A stretch of DNA of 64,000 nucleotides from Chryseobacterium gleum (GTDB taxonomy: Bacteria > Bacteroidota > Bacteroidia > Flavobacteriales_D > Sanyastnellaceae): NCBI GenBank assembly GCA_945878635.1, contig CAMCTV010000001.1, positions 11,123 through 75,122 of the forward strand, read 5' to 3'. The translations under genes were made by a program, and so were the position numbers. Position 1 is the stretch's first letter, and every line of letters begins with the position of its first letter. The notes beneath the pieces are model-generated. The model ran no database searches, was not told the origin of the DNA, and saw nothing but the letters and a program-made list of their open reading frames with translations. This document shows, in pieces, positions 35,147 through 44,092 of the stretch.

Positions 35147-36109
35147 ACCAAGGATACTTTTTGCTGCCTTCTCAATCTTGTTCAAATCAATCTTATGGAT
35201 GCATCGGTTCAGCTGACCATGCTTACAGGAATCTCCCAATTTGGAGCAAGGTCTATCACCTCTTCCTTCAGGTTCAATGATGACACTGTGCTCACCTGAC
35301 CTCCATGGAGACATTCCCAATCCTGGCCTTGTACAACCCCAAAGTGAAATAATGTTTTTTCCAAATGCTGCTGCCATGTGCATCAAACCCGTATCACCGG
35401 CAACAACCATTTGAGCGTGCTTGACGACCCAAGCACTTTCCATCAAATCCAGTTTACTCACCACATTAAAAACACGATCATCAATTGACAACGCGGTGCT
35501 CATCATTTCCTCCTCCTTGCCGCCTACGATAACAATATTTCCCGGTATCCTGTGCAAAATGCTCAGCCAATTGGATGCATCGGGTCGTTTACCAAAATGA
35601 TTTGCGCCAATCACCACTGCTGTGTACAGTTCAAAAGGCAAAGGAACATTTACACTTTGAGGAATTTCAAACTCCAACCCCTGACCATCATCAGATAATC
35701 CCAACGTCTTTAAGGTGTCAATGTATCGCTGAACAACGTGGGGGATATCCCACTTGAATCCAAACTTAATCCATACAAATTTGGCCCAATTCTTTTTCTC
35801 CACGGTGAAGGCCAATACGCCAAGCCGCTTCTTGATTAAATTTGATCGCAAGTTGTTTTGTAAGTCAATAATGTAATCATACTCCTCCGCAGAAAGAGGA
35901 TCCATTACTTCTTGAACTGTATTTTCAAATGAAAATATTTTAGTAATTCTTGGGTTATGCTCAACAACGGGGAGATAACGTTTCCTGACCACCATGTGCA
36001 ACTCAGCACCACCCTCTAATCCTTGTTGTAAAATCCTTAAAACAGGGGAGGTCAGAACGATGTCTCCAATAGCAGAAAAACGAATAACTAAAATTTTAGC
36101 CTGCACCAA
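35129..36109 (-). CDS. Glycosyltransferase family 9 (heptosyltransferase-like)
   Basis: 'ILVIRFSAIGDIVLTSPVLR', 'VAGDTGLMHMAAAFG'. Confidence 0.85.
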   Translation of the reverse strand: MVQAKILVIRFSAIGDIVLTSPVLRILQQGLEGGAELHMVVRKRYLPVVEHNPRITKIFSFENTVQEVMDPLSAEEYDYIIDLQNNLRSNLIKKRLGVLAFTVEKKNWAKFVWIKFGFKWDIPHVVQRYIDTLKTLGLSDDGQGLEFEIPQSVNVPLPFELYTAVVIGANHFGKRPDASNWLSILHRIPGNIVIVGGKEEEMMSTALSIDDRVFNVVSKLDLMESAWVVKHAQMVVAGDTGLMHMAAAFGKNIISLWGCTRPGLGMSPWRSGEHSVIIEPEGRGDRPCSKLGDSCKHGQLNRCIHKIDLNKIEKAAKSILGLMPIE

Positions 36110-36117
36110 TTAGAATT

Positions 36118-36534
36118 TTACTGAGCCTCAAAGAATAACTGCGTTTCTAACTCGTCGTCATAAAATACAACCATCTCCTTATTGGTCAATCGCTTCAGCA
36201 TAAGGGTATCCTTGTCTATGTAATTTCCAAACTCTGAAACCAACTGCAAATCCATGATTACATTGGTTTCTTCCAATAGCCAAGTACCTTCAGTTGGTTG
36301 CGCATTTCCGACATTGATGATCACACTTTTGTTGTCGCTAAACTCATAAAAAACTTCGTTACCATCGGTATTAGAAGCAGTTACGTCAGCACCATTTTCA
36401 GTCCATTTGGTCAGCCTCCACTTCCCTGATAATCTGTTTTCTTTGGATCTAAAACTAATGGCAGGTCCATCCTCAAACTTTGAGCAAGATGCCATAAAGA
36501 ACAAAGCAACTGCTACAACTAAAGCGTATCTCAT
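36118..36534 (-). CDS. Lipocalin-like lipoprotein
   Basis: ATG 36534 gives the MRYALVVAVALFFMASC lipobox. 'LSGKWRLTKWTENG' is typical of lipocalin-like Bacteroidota lipoproteins. Confidence 0.6.
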   Translation of the reverse strand: MRYALVVAVALFFMASCSKFEDGPAISFRSKENRLSGKWRLTKWTENGADVTASNTDGNEVFYEFSDNKSVIINVGNAQPTEGTWLLEETNVIMDLQLVSEFGNYIDKDTLMLKRLTNKEMVVFYDDELETQLFFEAQ

Positions 36535-36594
36535 TATCTCTATTTTTTGGTAAATATATCGCAATTCAATCAAAATAAGTCGCGTCAGCATACT

Positions 36595-36602
36595 TATGTT
36601 TG
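36595..36602 (+). promoter_or_regulatory. Candidate -7 box TATGTTTG upstream of tatD-like gene
   Basis: Exact TAnnTTTG match, 10 nt before ATG 36613. Confidence 0.3.
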
Positions 36603-36612
36603 CAAAAAAAAG

Positions 36613-37380
36613 ATGTGGATAGACACTCATTCTCACCTTTATCTTGATGTATTTCTTCCTGACATTGATGACACCATTCAAAGGTGCCTAGACAAAAAAG
36701 TCAATCATATTTTCCTGCCCAACATTGACCACAATTCCATTGAACCAATGATGGCATTGCATCAAAAAAATCCCGACCTGTTTTTTCCTATGATGGGATT
36801 ACACCCATGCGATGTCAACGCAGACTTTGAATTTCAACTTGACAAAATGGAACGCTGGATGGAAACCAATACTTTCTATGGTATCGGTGAGACTGGCTTG
36901 GATTTATACTGGGAAAAAAAGCACCTTGATTTACAAATTCAATCATTAAAAAGACACATTGAATGGGCAAAAAAATTCGAAAAACCGCTCATTCTGCATG
37001 CCAGAGATAGCTTTAATGAATTGATAGAAGTTATAGAAGCAGAAATGGATGAACACCTTTTTGGTATTTTCCATTGCTTCACCGGCGATATCGCCACCGC
37101 AAAAAGAATTCTAGAGTTGAAACGATTCGCACTCGGAATTGGCGGAGTAATTAGCTATCCCAAAAGTGATTTGAAAAAAACACTTCAACATGTACCATTG
37201 GAAAAAATTGTATTAGAAACCGACAGCCCATTTCTTCCACCTACTCCTCATCGTGGAAAAAGAAATGAGAGTTCATATATACCGCTTATTGCAGAGCACT
37301 TGGTTGATGTATTTCAAGTGCCGCTGACCAAAATAGCCGAAACCACTAGTGAAACGGCCAAGAAGATTTTCAACATTTAG
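36613..37380 (+). CDS. TatD-family metal-dependent hydrolase/DNase
   Basis: 'MWIDTHSHLY', 'GETGLDLYW', 'LILHARD', 'FHCFTG', 'LETDSPFL'. Confidence 0.9.
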   Translation: MWIDTHSHLYLDVFLPDIDDTIQRCLDKKVNHIFLPNIDHNSIEPMMALHQKNPDLFFPMMGLHPCDVNADFEFQLDKMERWMETNTFYGIGETGLDLYWEKKHLDLQIQSLKRHIEWAKKFEKPLILHARDSFNELIEVIEAEMDEHLFGIFHCFTGDIATAKRILELKRFALGIGGVISYPKSDLKKTLQHVPLEKIVLETDSPFLPPTPHRGKRNESSYIPLIAEHLVDVFQVPLTKIAETTSETAKKIFNI

Positions 37381-37384
37381 TACT

Positions 37385-38419
37385 ATGGAAAAAAAAATAC
37401 TGATCATCTATACTGGTGGAACCATTGGAATGACTGAAGAGTTTCCAGGCGGTCCTTTGATACCTTTTGATTTCTACAACATCGTGCAGCACTTGCCAGA
37501 GTTGCAACGATTTGATTTGAAAATTGATGTCGCTGCATTCCCAAACCCAATTGATTCGAGCGATATGCAGCCTGAAATTTGGCAAAACTTAGCTGAGATC
37601 ATCGTTAAGTCCTATGATGCATATTTTGGTTTTGTAATTCTGCACGGGACGGACACCATGGCCTATACCGCTTCGGCTCTGAGCTTTATGCTGCAAGGAA
37701 TCAAGAAGCCTATCATTTTCACAGGCTCTCAATTGCCAATCGGTAAAATCAGAACAGATGGCAAGGAAAATTTAATCACTGCCATTGAAATTGCAGCATC
37801 CGAATTTCAACAAAAGCCAATAGTACAGGAGATTGCGATTTGTTTTGGGTCCAAATTGCTGAGGGGAAATAGAACTTACAAACACAGCGCTGAAGGTTTT
37901 GATGCTTTTGAAAGTCCCAATTATTTTCCACTTGCTGAGATAGGTGTTCACCTTCAATTTCACCATGGGCTGTTGCTCCGCAGTGACAATCCATTTCAAC
38001 CACAACTCAATTTGAACACCAATATCGGTTGGCTTAAAATATTTCCTGGTATCAGCCCAAACTCATTGAATAACTTTAAATTGATTCACCAATACGATGG
38101 ACTAATATTAGAGACCTATGGAAATGGAAACATTCCTCAACTGCCATGGCTTATTAAAGGATTGAATGAAATTCATGACAGTGGCACTATCATTCTAAAC
38201 ATCTCGCAGTGCACCCAAGGCTCAGTCAATCAGAATTTGTATAAAAACGCAAAAGAGTTGGAGCAATCAGGAATTCTAAGTGGATGGGATCTGACTTCAG
38301 AGGCTGCAGTGACCAAGTTAATGCATGTTTTAGGAAATCATTCAGATCAAAAAATCAGAACTGTTCAACTCCAAGAGAATTTAGCAGGCGAAATGACGAT
38401 TAAACGAGATTTACACTAA
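37385..38419 (+). CDS. ansA: L-asparaginase, type I
   Basis: 'ILIIYTGGTIGM' catalytic Thr motif, 'VILHGTDTMAYTA'. Confidence 0.9.
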   Translation: MEKKILIIYTGGTIGMTEEFPGGPLIPFDFYNIVQHLPELQRFDLKIDVAAFPNPIDSSDMQPEIWQNLAEIIVKSYDAYFGFVILHGTDTMAYTASALSFMLQGIKKPIIFTGSQLPIGKIRTDGKENLITAIEIAASEFQQKPIVQEIAICFGSKLLRGNRTYKHSAEGFDAFESPNYFPLAEIGVHLQFHHGLLLRSDNPFQPQLNLNTNIGWLKIFPGISPNSLNNFKLIHQYDGLILETYGNGNIPQLPWLIKGLNEIHDSGTIILNISQCTQGSVNQNLYKNAKELEQSGILSGWDLTSEAAVTKLMHVLGNHSDQKIRTVQLQENLAGEMTIKRDLH

Positions 38420-38428
38420 CTTCGTTGT

Positions 38429-39178
38429 ATGTCCTTTTTGTCTGCACTCTTTCCCAAGAAAAACAAAGTCATAGAACCGATCAGCATGCACGCGGTGGGT
38501 ATGGACATGCACTCTCATTTGATTCCAGGAATAGATGATGGAGCTCCCAATATCGAGACATCAATTGAACTTATTTTAAAGCTAAAAGAATTTGGATACC
38601 ACTCCATCATTACTACTCCACACATTTACAAGGAAATATACCCCAACACTGCTGAGATTATTCTAGAAGGCAAAAAGAAAGTTTTAGAGGAATTGGCCCT
38701 TAGGAATATTGACATCCGATTTGATGCAGCGGCCGAATATTTTTGCGACGAACACTTTATTGACTTATTGAACAACAAGCAATTGTTAACCTTTAATGGC
38801 AACCACGTGCTTTTTGAACTTTCTTTTGATTCAGAGCCCTACTACTATAAAGATGCTGTATTTCAAATGCAGCTCAATGGGTATCAACCAGTGCTGGCTC
38901 ACCCTGAGCGCTATGTGTATTGGCACGAGAAAATGACCAATTACGAAAACGCATTTGATCGTGATGTTTTTTTACAAGTCAACATCAACAGTTTTACTGG
39001 GCAATATGGACCAGGTGTAAAAAAAATGGCAGAAAGATTGGTGGACGCCGGACTGATATCCTACTTGGGAACCGATACCCATCATATAGGCCACGTTAAT
39101 TTATGGGATACTGCAAGTAGGAATCCTTTTCTTAAAAAATTGGTTGAATCCGGAAACTTGCTTAATCAGCAGTACTGA
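38429..39178 (+). CDS. CpsB/CapC-type (PHP-domain) protein-tyrosine phosphatase
   Basis: 'MDMHSHLIPGIDDGA', 'TPHI', 'LAHPERY', 'GTDTHH'. Confidence 0.8.
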   Translation: MSFLSALFPKKNKVIEPISMHAVGMDMHSHLIPGIDDGAPNIETSIELILKLKEFGYHSIITTPHIYKEIYPNTAEIILEGKKKVLEELALRNIDIRFDAAAEYFCDEHFIDLLNNKQLLTFNGNHVLFELSFDSEPYYYKDAVFQMQLNGYQPVLAHPERYVYWHEKMTNYENAFDRDVFLQVNINSFTGQYGPGVKKMAERLVDAGLISYLGTDTHHIGHVNLWDTASRNPFLKKLVESGNLLNQQY

Positions 39179-39508
39179 TTAAGCGCCCACTTCTGCAAGT
39201 TGCACAACCAAGCCTTCAAACGCTGCTGAAATGTGCATTTGACATCCCAATCTGCTATTTGATTTTACAAAAAAAGCTTGGTCCAACATGGCTTCTTCGT
39301 CATCATTTCGAATAAGCAAGTCATGATCAGACATCACATACATGTGACAGCTTGCGCACATGGCCATACCACCGCAAGTTCCTTCAACTGGCATCTCATA
39401 GCTTTTGCACAATTCCATCATATTCATGTTCATGTCTGTTGGGGCTTCCAACTCATGATTGACTCCTTGACGATCAACAACAGTAATACGAACAATATTC
39501 TCTTCCAT
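39179..39508 (-). CDS. 2Fe-2S ferredoxin (adrenodoxin/putidaredoxin type)
   Basis: 'GTCGGMAMCASCH' (C-x5-C-x2-C) plus the distal 'LGCQ' Cys, 109 aa. Confidence 0.85.
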   Translation of the reverse strand: MEENIVRITVVDRQGVNHELEAPTDMNMNMMELCKSYEMPVEGTCGGMAMCASCHMYVMSDHDLLIRNDDEEAMLDQAFFVKSNSRLGCQMHISAAFEGLVVQLAEVGA

Positions 39509-39533
39509 ACTGCGGCAAAGATAAACATTTCAG

Positions 39534-39956
39534 CTACAGCATTGGCCATTCCTGGCGCCATCCTGATTCAGCATTGTAAAAATGATGTTGCAGCCCATTG
39601 CTAATCCCAACCCATCGCGCTTGAAGGATTCTGTCGTAACGCCCTATCTGATCCAATACTTTTTGATCCAATTCAATGTAGGGCGCCTTGCACTCAATAA
39701 TCCCATCCACTTCCCATTGGGGGTTGTAAAGAATAATATCGGGACGCATTCTCTTCCCATTCACCTCCAATTCTTTTTCAAATGCAATGCGTGCAAGCGG
39801 ATAACCAACATGACGTTTTAAATGAACGACCAAATTCTGCCGCACCCATTCTTCTGGCGTGAGCAAATACCATTTTCGTCTTACCAAACAAAAAATCTCC
39901 AATAGTTCCTCCCTCTTCCGAATATTGTGACTATATTGTGGTAAATTCAATTGCAT
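39534..39956 (-). CDS. Stand-alone type I restriction enzyme HsdR N-terminal (PD-(D/E)xK-like) domain protein
   Basis: ATG 39956 (MQLNLPQY). 'EEWVRQNLVVHL', 'RPDIILYN...VDGIIECKAP' fits the D...ExK nuclease-fold pattern of the HsdR_N family. Confidence 0.65.
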   Translation of the reverse strand: MQLNLPQYSHNIRKREELLEIFCLVRRKWYLLTPEEWVRQNLVVHLKRHVGYPLARIAFEKELEVNGKRMRPDIILYNPQWEVDGIIECKAPYIELDQKVLDQIGRYDRILQARWVGISNGLQHHFYNAESGWRQEWPML

Positions 39957-39977
39957 TTGAAACAAAAATAAACCACT

Positions 39978-40751
39978 ATGGAGACAAAAGAAGAAATCGT
40001 ACAAAATTGGTTGCCTAGGTATACTGGTACACCAATTGAAGAGTTTGGGGAATACATTCTCCTAACCAACTTTGATAGCTATCTTGAGAAGTTCGCTGAG
40101 TGGCACAATGTCCCCATTGTTGGACAAAACAGAAGTATGCCAACGGCCACCGCAAACGGTATTACCATGATTAACTTTTCTATGGGCAGTGCCAATGCTG
40201 CTACCATCATGGATTTACTTACTGCCCGTCAACCCAAAGCTGTTTTATTTTTAGGAAAATGTGGGGGATTAAAAAGAAAAAACAAAATAGGTGATTTCAT
40301 ACTCCCTTTGGCTGGTATAAGGGGAGAGGGAACCAGCAATGACTATTTTCCACCTGAAGTTCCAGCATTGCCTGCATTCAATTTGCAACGTGCCGTGTCA
40401 TCTACCATTCGTGATAGAAATTTAGACTATTGGTCCGGGACGGTTTACACGACCAATAGAAGGGTCTGGGAACATGATGAGCTTTTCAAAGAATACTTAA
40501 GAAAAATCAGGGCAATGGCCATCGATATGGAAACTGCCACATTGTTTTCTGTTGGTTTCTATAACAAAATACCCACAGGAGCACTTTTGCTTGTATCAGA
40601 TCAACCCATGACACCCCAAGGAGTAAAAACTTCAGAAAGTGACAACGTTGTAACCACAAATTTTGTTGATTTGCACATTCAAATCGGAATAGACGCTCTG
40701 AAAGAAATTAAAAATGAAGGCCAATCAGTTAAACACTTGAAATGGGAGTAA
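39978..40751 (+). CDS. AMP nucleosidase (short, catalytic-domain-only form)
   Basis: PNP_UDP_1-like 'FSMGSANAATIMDLL', 'LFLGKCGGL', 'AIDMETATLF'. Confidence 0.7.
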   Translation: METKEEIVQNWLPRYTGTPIEEFGEYILLTNFDSYLEKFAEWHNVPIVGQNRSMPTATANGITMINFSMGSANAATIMDLLTARQPKAVLFLGKCGGLKRKNKIGDFILPLAGIRGEGTSNDYFPPEVPALPAFNLQRAVSSTIRDRNLDYWSGTVYTTNRRVWEHDELFKEYLRKIRAMAIDMETATLFSVGFYNKIPTGALLLVSDQPMTPQGVKTSESDNVVTTNFVDLHIQIGIDALKEIKNEGQSVKHLKWE

Positions 40752-41758
40752 CCTACAATCAAATCATTCGGGACATTCAACTCAAAAAATATGCTCCAGT
40801 ATACGTTTTAACAGGAGAAGAGCCTTTTTTCATTGATGAAATCGCCCATTCGATTGAAAACGATATTCTAGATGAAAGTGAAAAAAGCTTTGGTCTAAGT
40901 GTAGTGTACGGAAGAGACAGTGAATTGAGCCAAGTGATCAATTTGGCCAAAGGATTTCCCATGATGGGAAATTACCAAATTGTCATGATTAAGGAGGCCC
41001 AAGACCTAAAAGAATGGAAAAAAAGTGATTCCCTCAAACCATTAGAAAACTACATTAACCAACCCACTCCCACAACAATTTTTGTATTAGAGTACAAAGG
41101 AAAAACCTTAGACAAACGACTCTCCATTACCAAACTCATTGAGAAGAAGACAGTGCATTTTGTTTCTGAAAAAATCAAAGACAATCAGCTCGATTCTTGG
41201 ATTTATGACTACGTCACCAGCAGGGGTTTCAAAATCAATCGGAAAATCGCCGAGTTATTGTCCGATTATTTGGGAAATGATCTGTCCAAAATTGTAAATG
41301 AGATTAACAAGATTGCCATCATTTTTCCTGCCGGGACAGAAATCAACAGCGATATCATTCAGGACTACGTTGGCATTTCAAAGGAATACAACATCTTTGA
41401 GTTGCAAAATACATTAGCTGAAAAAAACATTGTCCAAGCCAACCGAATCATCGAATATTTTGTTAGGAATCCGAAGAGCATGCCCATTCCTATGTTGGTG
41501 GGTAGCTTGTTTGGTTTTTTCAATAAGGTAAATATCATTGCCAGTGCGGAAAACAAGACATACACGCTACAAAAAATGTATCTGGGTACCAATCAAAAAA
41601 AAGACGTTGACTCAGCGCTGAGGAATTACTCAGCGTCCAAATTGGACAGAATCATCGGATACTTGTACGACACTGACAAAAAATCGAAGGGAATTGGAAA
41701 AGGACAAATGAGTGATGGAGAAATACTCTTAGAACTGACATTTAAAATTCTCCACTAA
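40742..41758 (+). CDS. holA: DNA polymerase III subunit delta
   Basis: 'YVLTGEEPFFIDE', 'MIKEAQDL', 338 aa, typical Bacteroidota HolA layout. Confidence 0.8.
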   Translation: MGVTYNQIIRDIQLKKYAPVYVLTGEEPFFIDEIAHSIENDILDESEKSFGLSVVYGRDSELSQVINLAKGFPMMGNYQIVMIKEAQDLKEWKKSDSLKPLENYINQPTPTTIFVLEYKGKTLDKRLSITKLIEKKTVHFVSEKIKDNQLDSWIYDYVTSRGFKINRKIAELLSDYLGNDLSKIVNEINKIAIIFPAGTEINSDIIQDYVGISKEYNIFELQNTLAEKNIVQANRIIEYFVRNPKSMPIPMLVGSLFGFFNKVNIIASAENKTYTLQKMYLGTNQKKDVDSALRNYSASKLDRIIGYLYDTDKKSKGIGKGQMSDGEILLELTFKILH

Positions 41759-41781
41759 TTTTTTCGTTCTAACTTAGCCCC

Positions 41782-42801
41782 ATGTTAGGAAATGATTTAT
41801 TAATAAGAGCCGCCAAGGGAGAAAAAACGGAACGAATTCCGGTATGGGTAATGCGACAAGCTGGTAGAATCCTTCCGGAATACCGGGCGACCCGGGCACA
41901 GGCTGGGAGCTTTATTAATTTGGTTACAAATCCTGAATTGGCGGCAGAAGTGACTGTACAACCCGTTGATATTTTGGGAGTAGATGCAGCCATTATATTC
42001 AGTGATATTTTGGTTATCCCTGAAGCCATGGGCCTTCCGTATCAAATGGATGAAGGCAAAGGTCCTTTTTTCCCAAAAACCATTCAAACCATGTCTGATG
42101 TTGATGCATTGGAAATGGACAACATTGCCGCTCATTTGAGCTATGTTCAAGAGGCACTAGAAATGACATTAGAAAAATTAGCGGGCAGGGTTCCTTTAAT
42201 CGGATTTGCTGGTGCGCCATGGACCATATTCTGTTATATGATTGAGGGGAAAGGAAGCAAAGAGTTCAGCAAGGCCAGAAGGGTTTTAATCGAGCAACCA
42301 GAATTGGCACAGGCATTGCTTACCAAAATTTCAACGGCCACAATAGCCTACGCACAAATGCAAATAAACACAGGTATACATCTCTTTCAACTATTTGACT
42401 CTTGGGCCGGTGTGCTCAATGCCGAATGGTACAGAGCATTGATATTGCCGCATGTTGAACGCATTCTGTCCCACATCCAAAAACAAATTCCAGTTACCTT
42501 TTTTGCCAAAGGAGCGCACTACGCATTGTCTGAATTTGAAGATTTATCATGTCATGTAGTGGGATTGGATTGGAACATGGATATTGATTCAGCCAGAAAA
42601 TTATTACCATCCAAAACGCTTCAAGGAAATTTAGACCCTGCTGTGCTGTACGGAACAGATGAACAGATAGTCAAATCCACCTTGAATATGGTGGAGAAAT
42701 TCGGAAAGTCGCAGTATATTGCCAACTTAGGACATGGTGTATACCCCGACATGAATCCCAAGAAATTGAAATTATTTATTGAAACGATACAAAATGCTTA
42801 A
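41782..42801 (+). CDS. hemE: Uroporphyrinogen decarboxylase
   Basis: 'PVWVMRQAGRILPEYR', 'IFSDILVIPEAMG', 'FDSWAG', 'NLGHGV'. Confidence 0.95.
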   Translation: MLGNDLLIRAAKGEKTERIPVWVMRQAGRILPEYRATRAQAGSFINLVTNPELAAEVTVQPVDILGVDAAIIFSDILVIPEAMGLPYQMDEGKGPFFPKTIQTMSDVDALEMDNIAAHLSYVQEALEMTLEKLAGRVPLIGFAGAPWTIFCYMIEGKGSKEFSKARRVLIEQPELAQALLTKISTATIAYAQMQINTGIHLFQLFDSWAGVLNAEWYRALILPHVERILSHIQKQIPVTFFAKGAHYALSEFEDLSCHVVGLDWNMDIDSARKLLPSKTLQGNLDPAVLYGTDEQIVKSTLNMVEKFGKSQYIANLGHGVYPDMNPKKLKLFIETIQNA

Positions 42802-42811
42802 ACCTGAAATA

Positions 42812-44041
42812 ATGAAAATCAAAAGTTTATTTCTCGCATGTTTATTCTTATTGGGAATAGGTGCGTTTGCTCAAAATAAGGATAGTAAGGATACAGGAAA
42901 GTCCGACAAACCTGAAAAAGGTAAAAAAGAAGTCGTTGAGGATACAGATCCCAATGAGGTTTTTAACGCATCCTTTGAAGAATTTGATGCAAAATTACTC
43001 AAAGGAAAAGGTCAACTTCACTTGGTTGCAAAACCATGGTTGAGTGTCAATAAAACGGGCGCTGATTTATTTGCTGGTGGAAATACAAAGAACAAAAAAA
43101 TCAATGCACCAGACAATGATTTGGGTACACAAACAGCCCAAGAGGGAAACAATTATGCGGGATTTGTTGGCTACAGCAAAGACCCAAAAATCAACCGCAC
43201 CTACCTTTCTCAGAAATTGAAACACCCTTTGAAAAAAGACCAAATGTATTGTGTTACCTACCATTTGAGTTTAGCAGAAAACTCAAAATTGGCAGTGAAC
43301 AATGTGGGTATTTTATTCTCAGAGAAAAAGATTCAGCACGAGGATGATCAAAGCATCACCAATGTGGCTAGTGTTCTGATGCCTGCCAATCGTGCAATCA
43401 ACGATGCTGACAAATGGACTACAGTTTGTGTTCCATACTATGCCAAAGGAAATGAAACCTACATGACCATTGGAGGTTTTGGAAATGATGGTGACATGAA
43501 GTTTGAAAAAGTAAAACCAACCACCAAACCAACGGGCGTCACCATCAATGGTGCTTATTACTATGTGGACAACATCACCGTATTACCCATCACAGCCAAA
43601 AGTGAATGCAACTGCGGAAAAAGCACCGTTGTCGAGACTGATTTAATTTACAGCAAATCAGGTGCAAAACCTGCAGGTGCAAAACCAGAGCAGTTGATCA
43701 ACGCTGCCGGTATTTACTTCGGAAAAGAGTCGGATGCCATTCCTTCACAATTTGAATCTGAATTGGATGAATTGGCAGAATTGCTAAAAGCCAATCCAAG
43801 CATCAATGTGTTACTCACTGGACATGCCGATACAGAAGAGATGACTGAAGCCAAAGTAAAACCAGAACTGACTGAAATAGCCAAGAACCGAGCAATCATG
43901 GTAAAAGATGCGCTTGTCACCCGTGGTGTGGATGAAGGTCGTGTCTCAATAGATGCCAAAGATGCCAATGAGTTGGTTGGAACCAAAGGCACTCCCATGA
44001 GCAAAGCTCAAAATAGAAGAGTCGTTTTCAGCGTTAAGTAA
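42812..44041 (+). CDS. OmpA-family protein with N-terminal jelly-roll-like domain (paralog 1)
   Basis: ATG 42812 gives the signal peptide MKIKSLFLACLFLLGIGAFAQ. C-terminal OmpA_C 'LLTGHADT...NRAIMVKDALV...NRRVVFSV'. Confidence 0.8.
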   Translation: MKIKSLFLACLFLLGIGAFAQNKDSKDTGKSDKPEKGKKEVVEDTDPNEVFNASFEEFDAKLLKGKGQLHLVAKPWLSVNKTGADLFAGGNTKNKKINAPDNDLGTQTAQEGNNYAGFVGYSKDPKINRTYLSQKLKHPLKKDQMYCVTYHLSLAENSKLAVNNVGILFSEKKIQHEDDQSITNVASVLMPANRAINDADKWTTVCVPYYAKGNETYMTIGGFGNDGDMKFEKVKPTTKPTGVTINGAYYYVDNITVLPITAKSECNCGKSTVVETDLIYSKSGAKPAGAKPEQLINAAGIYFGKESDAIPSQFESELDELAELLKANPSINVLLTGHADTEEMTEAKVKPELTEIAKNRAIMVKDALVTRGVDEGRVSIDAKDANELVGTKGTPMSKAQNRRVVFSVK

Positions 44042-44056
44042 TTAAACCGTTTGTAA

Positions 44057-44092
44057 AGAGGCAAGCGGAAATCCGTTTGCCTCTTTTTTTTT
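44057..44092 (+). terminator. Rho-independent terminator after OmpA paralog 1
   Basis: 13-bp stem AGAGGCAAGCGGA / TCCGTTTGCCTCT (one G-U) with a 3-nt loop, then T8 running directly into ATG 44093. Confidence 0.7.

Noticed and set aside
38429-39178. CpsB tyrosine phosphatase as a marker of a capsule (Wzc/Wza) locus
   Set aside because: No tyrosine kinase, Wza or glycosyltransferase neighbours are present. Flanking genes are asparaginase and a ferredoxin, so it is an isolated gene rather than a locus.
41769-42150. Minus-strand ORFs (86 and 116 aa) overlapping the hemE start
   Set aside because: hemE motifs (RQAGRxLPEYR) are unambiguous on the plus strand, so the antisense ORFs are shadows.
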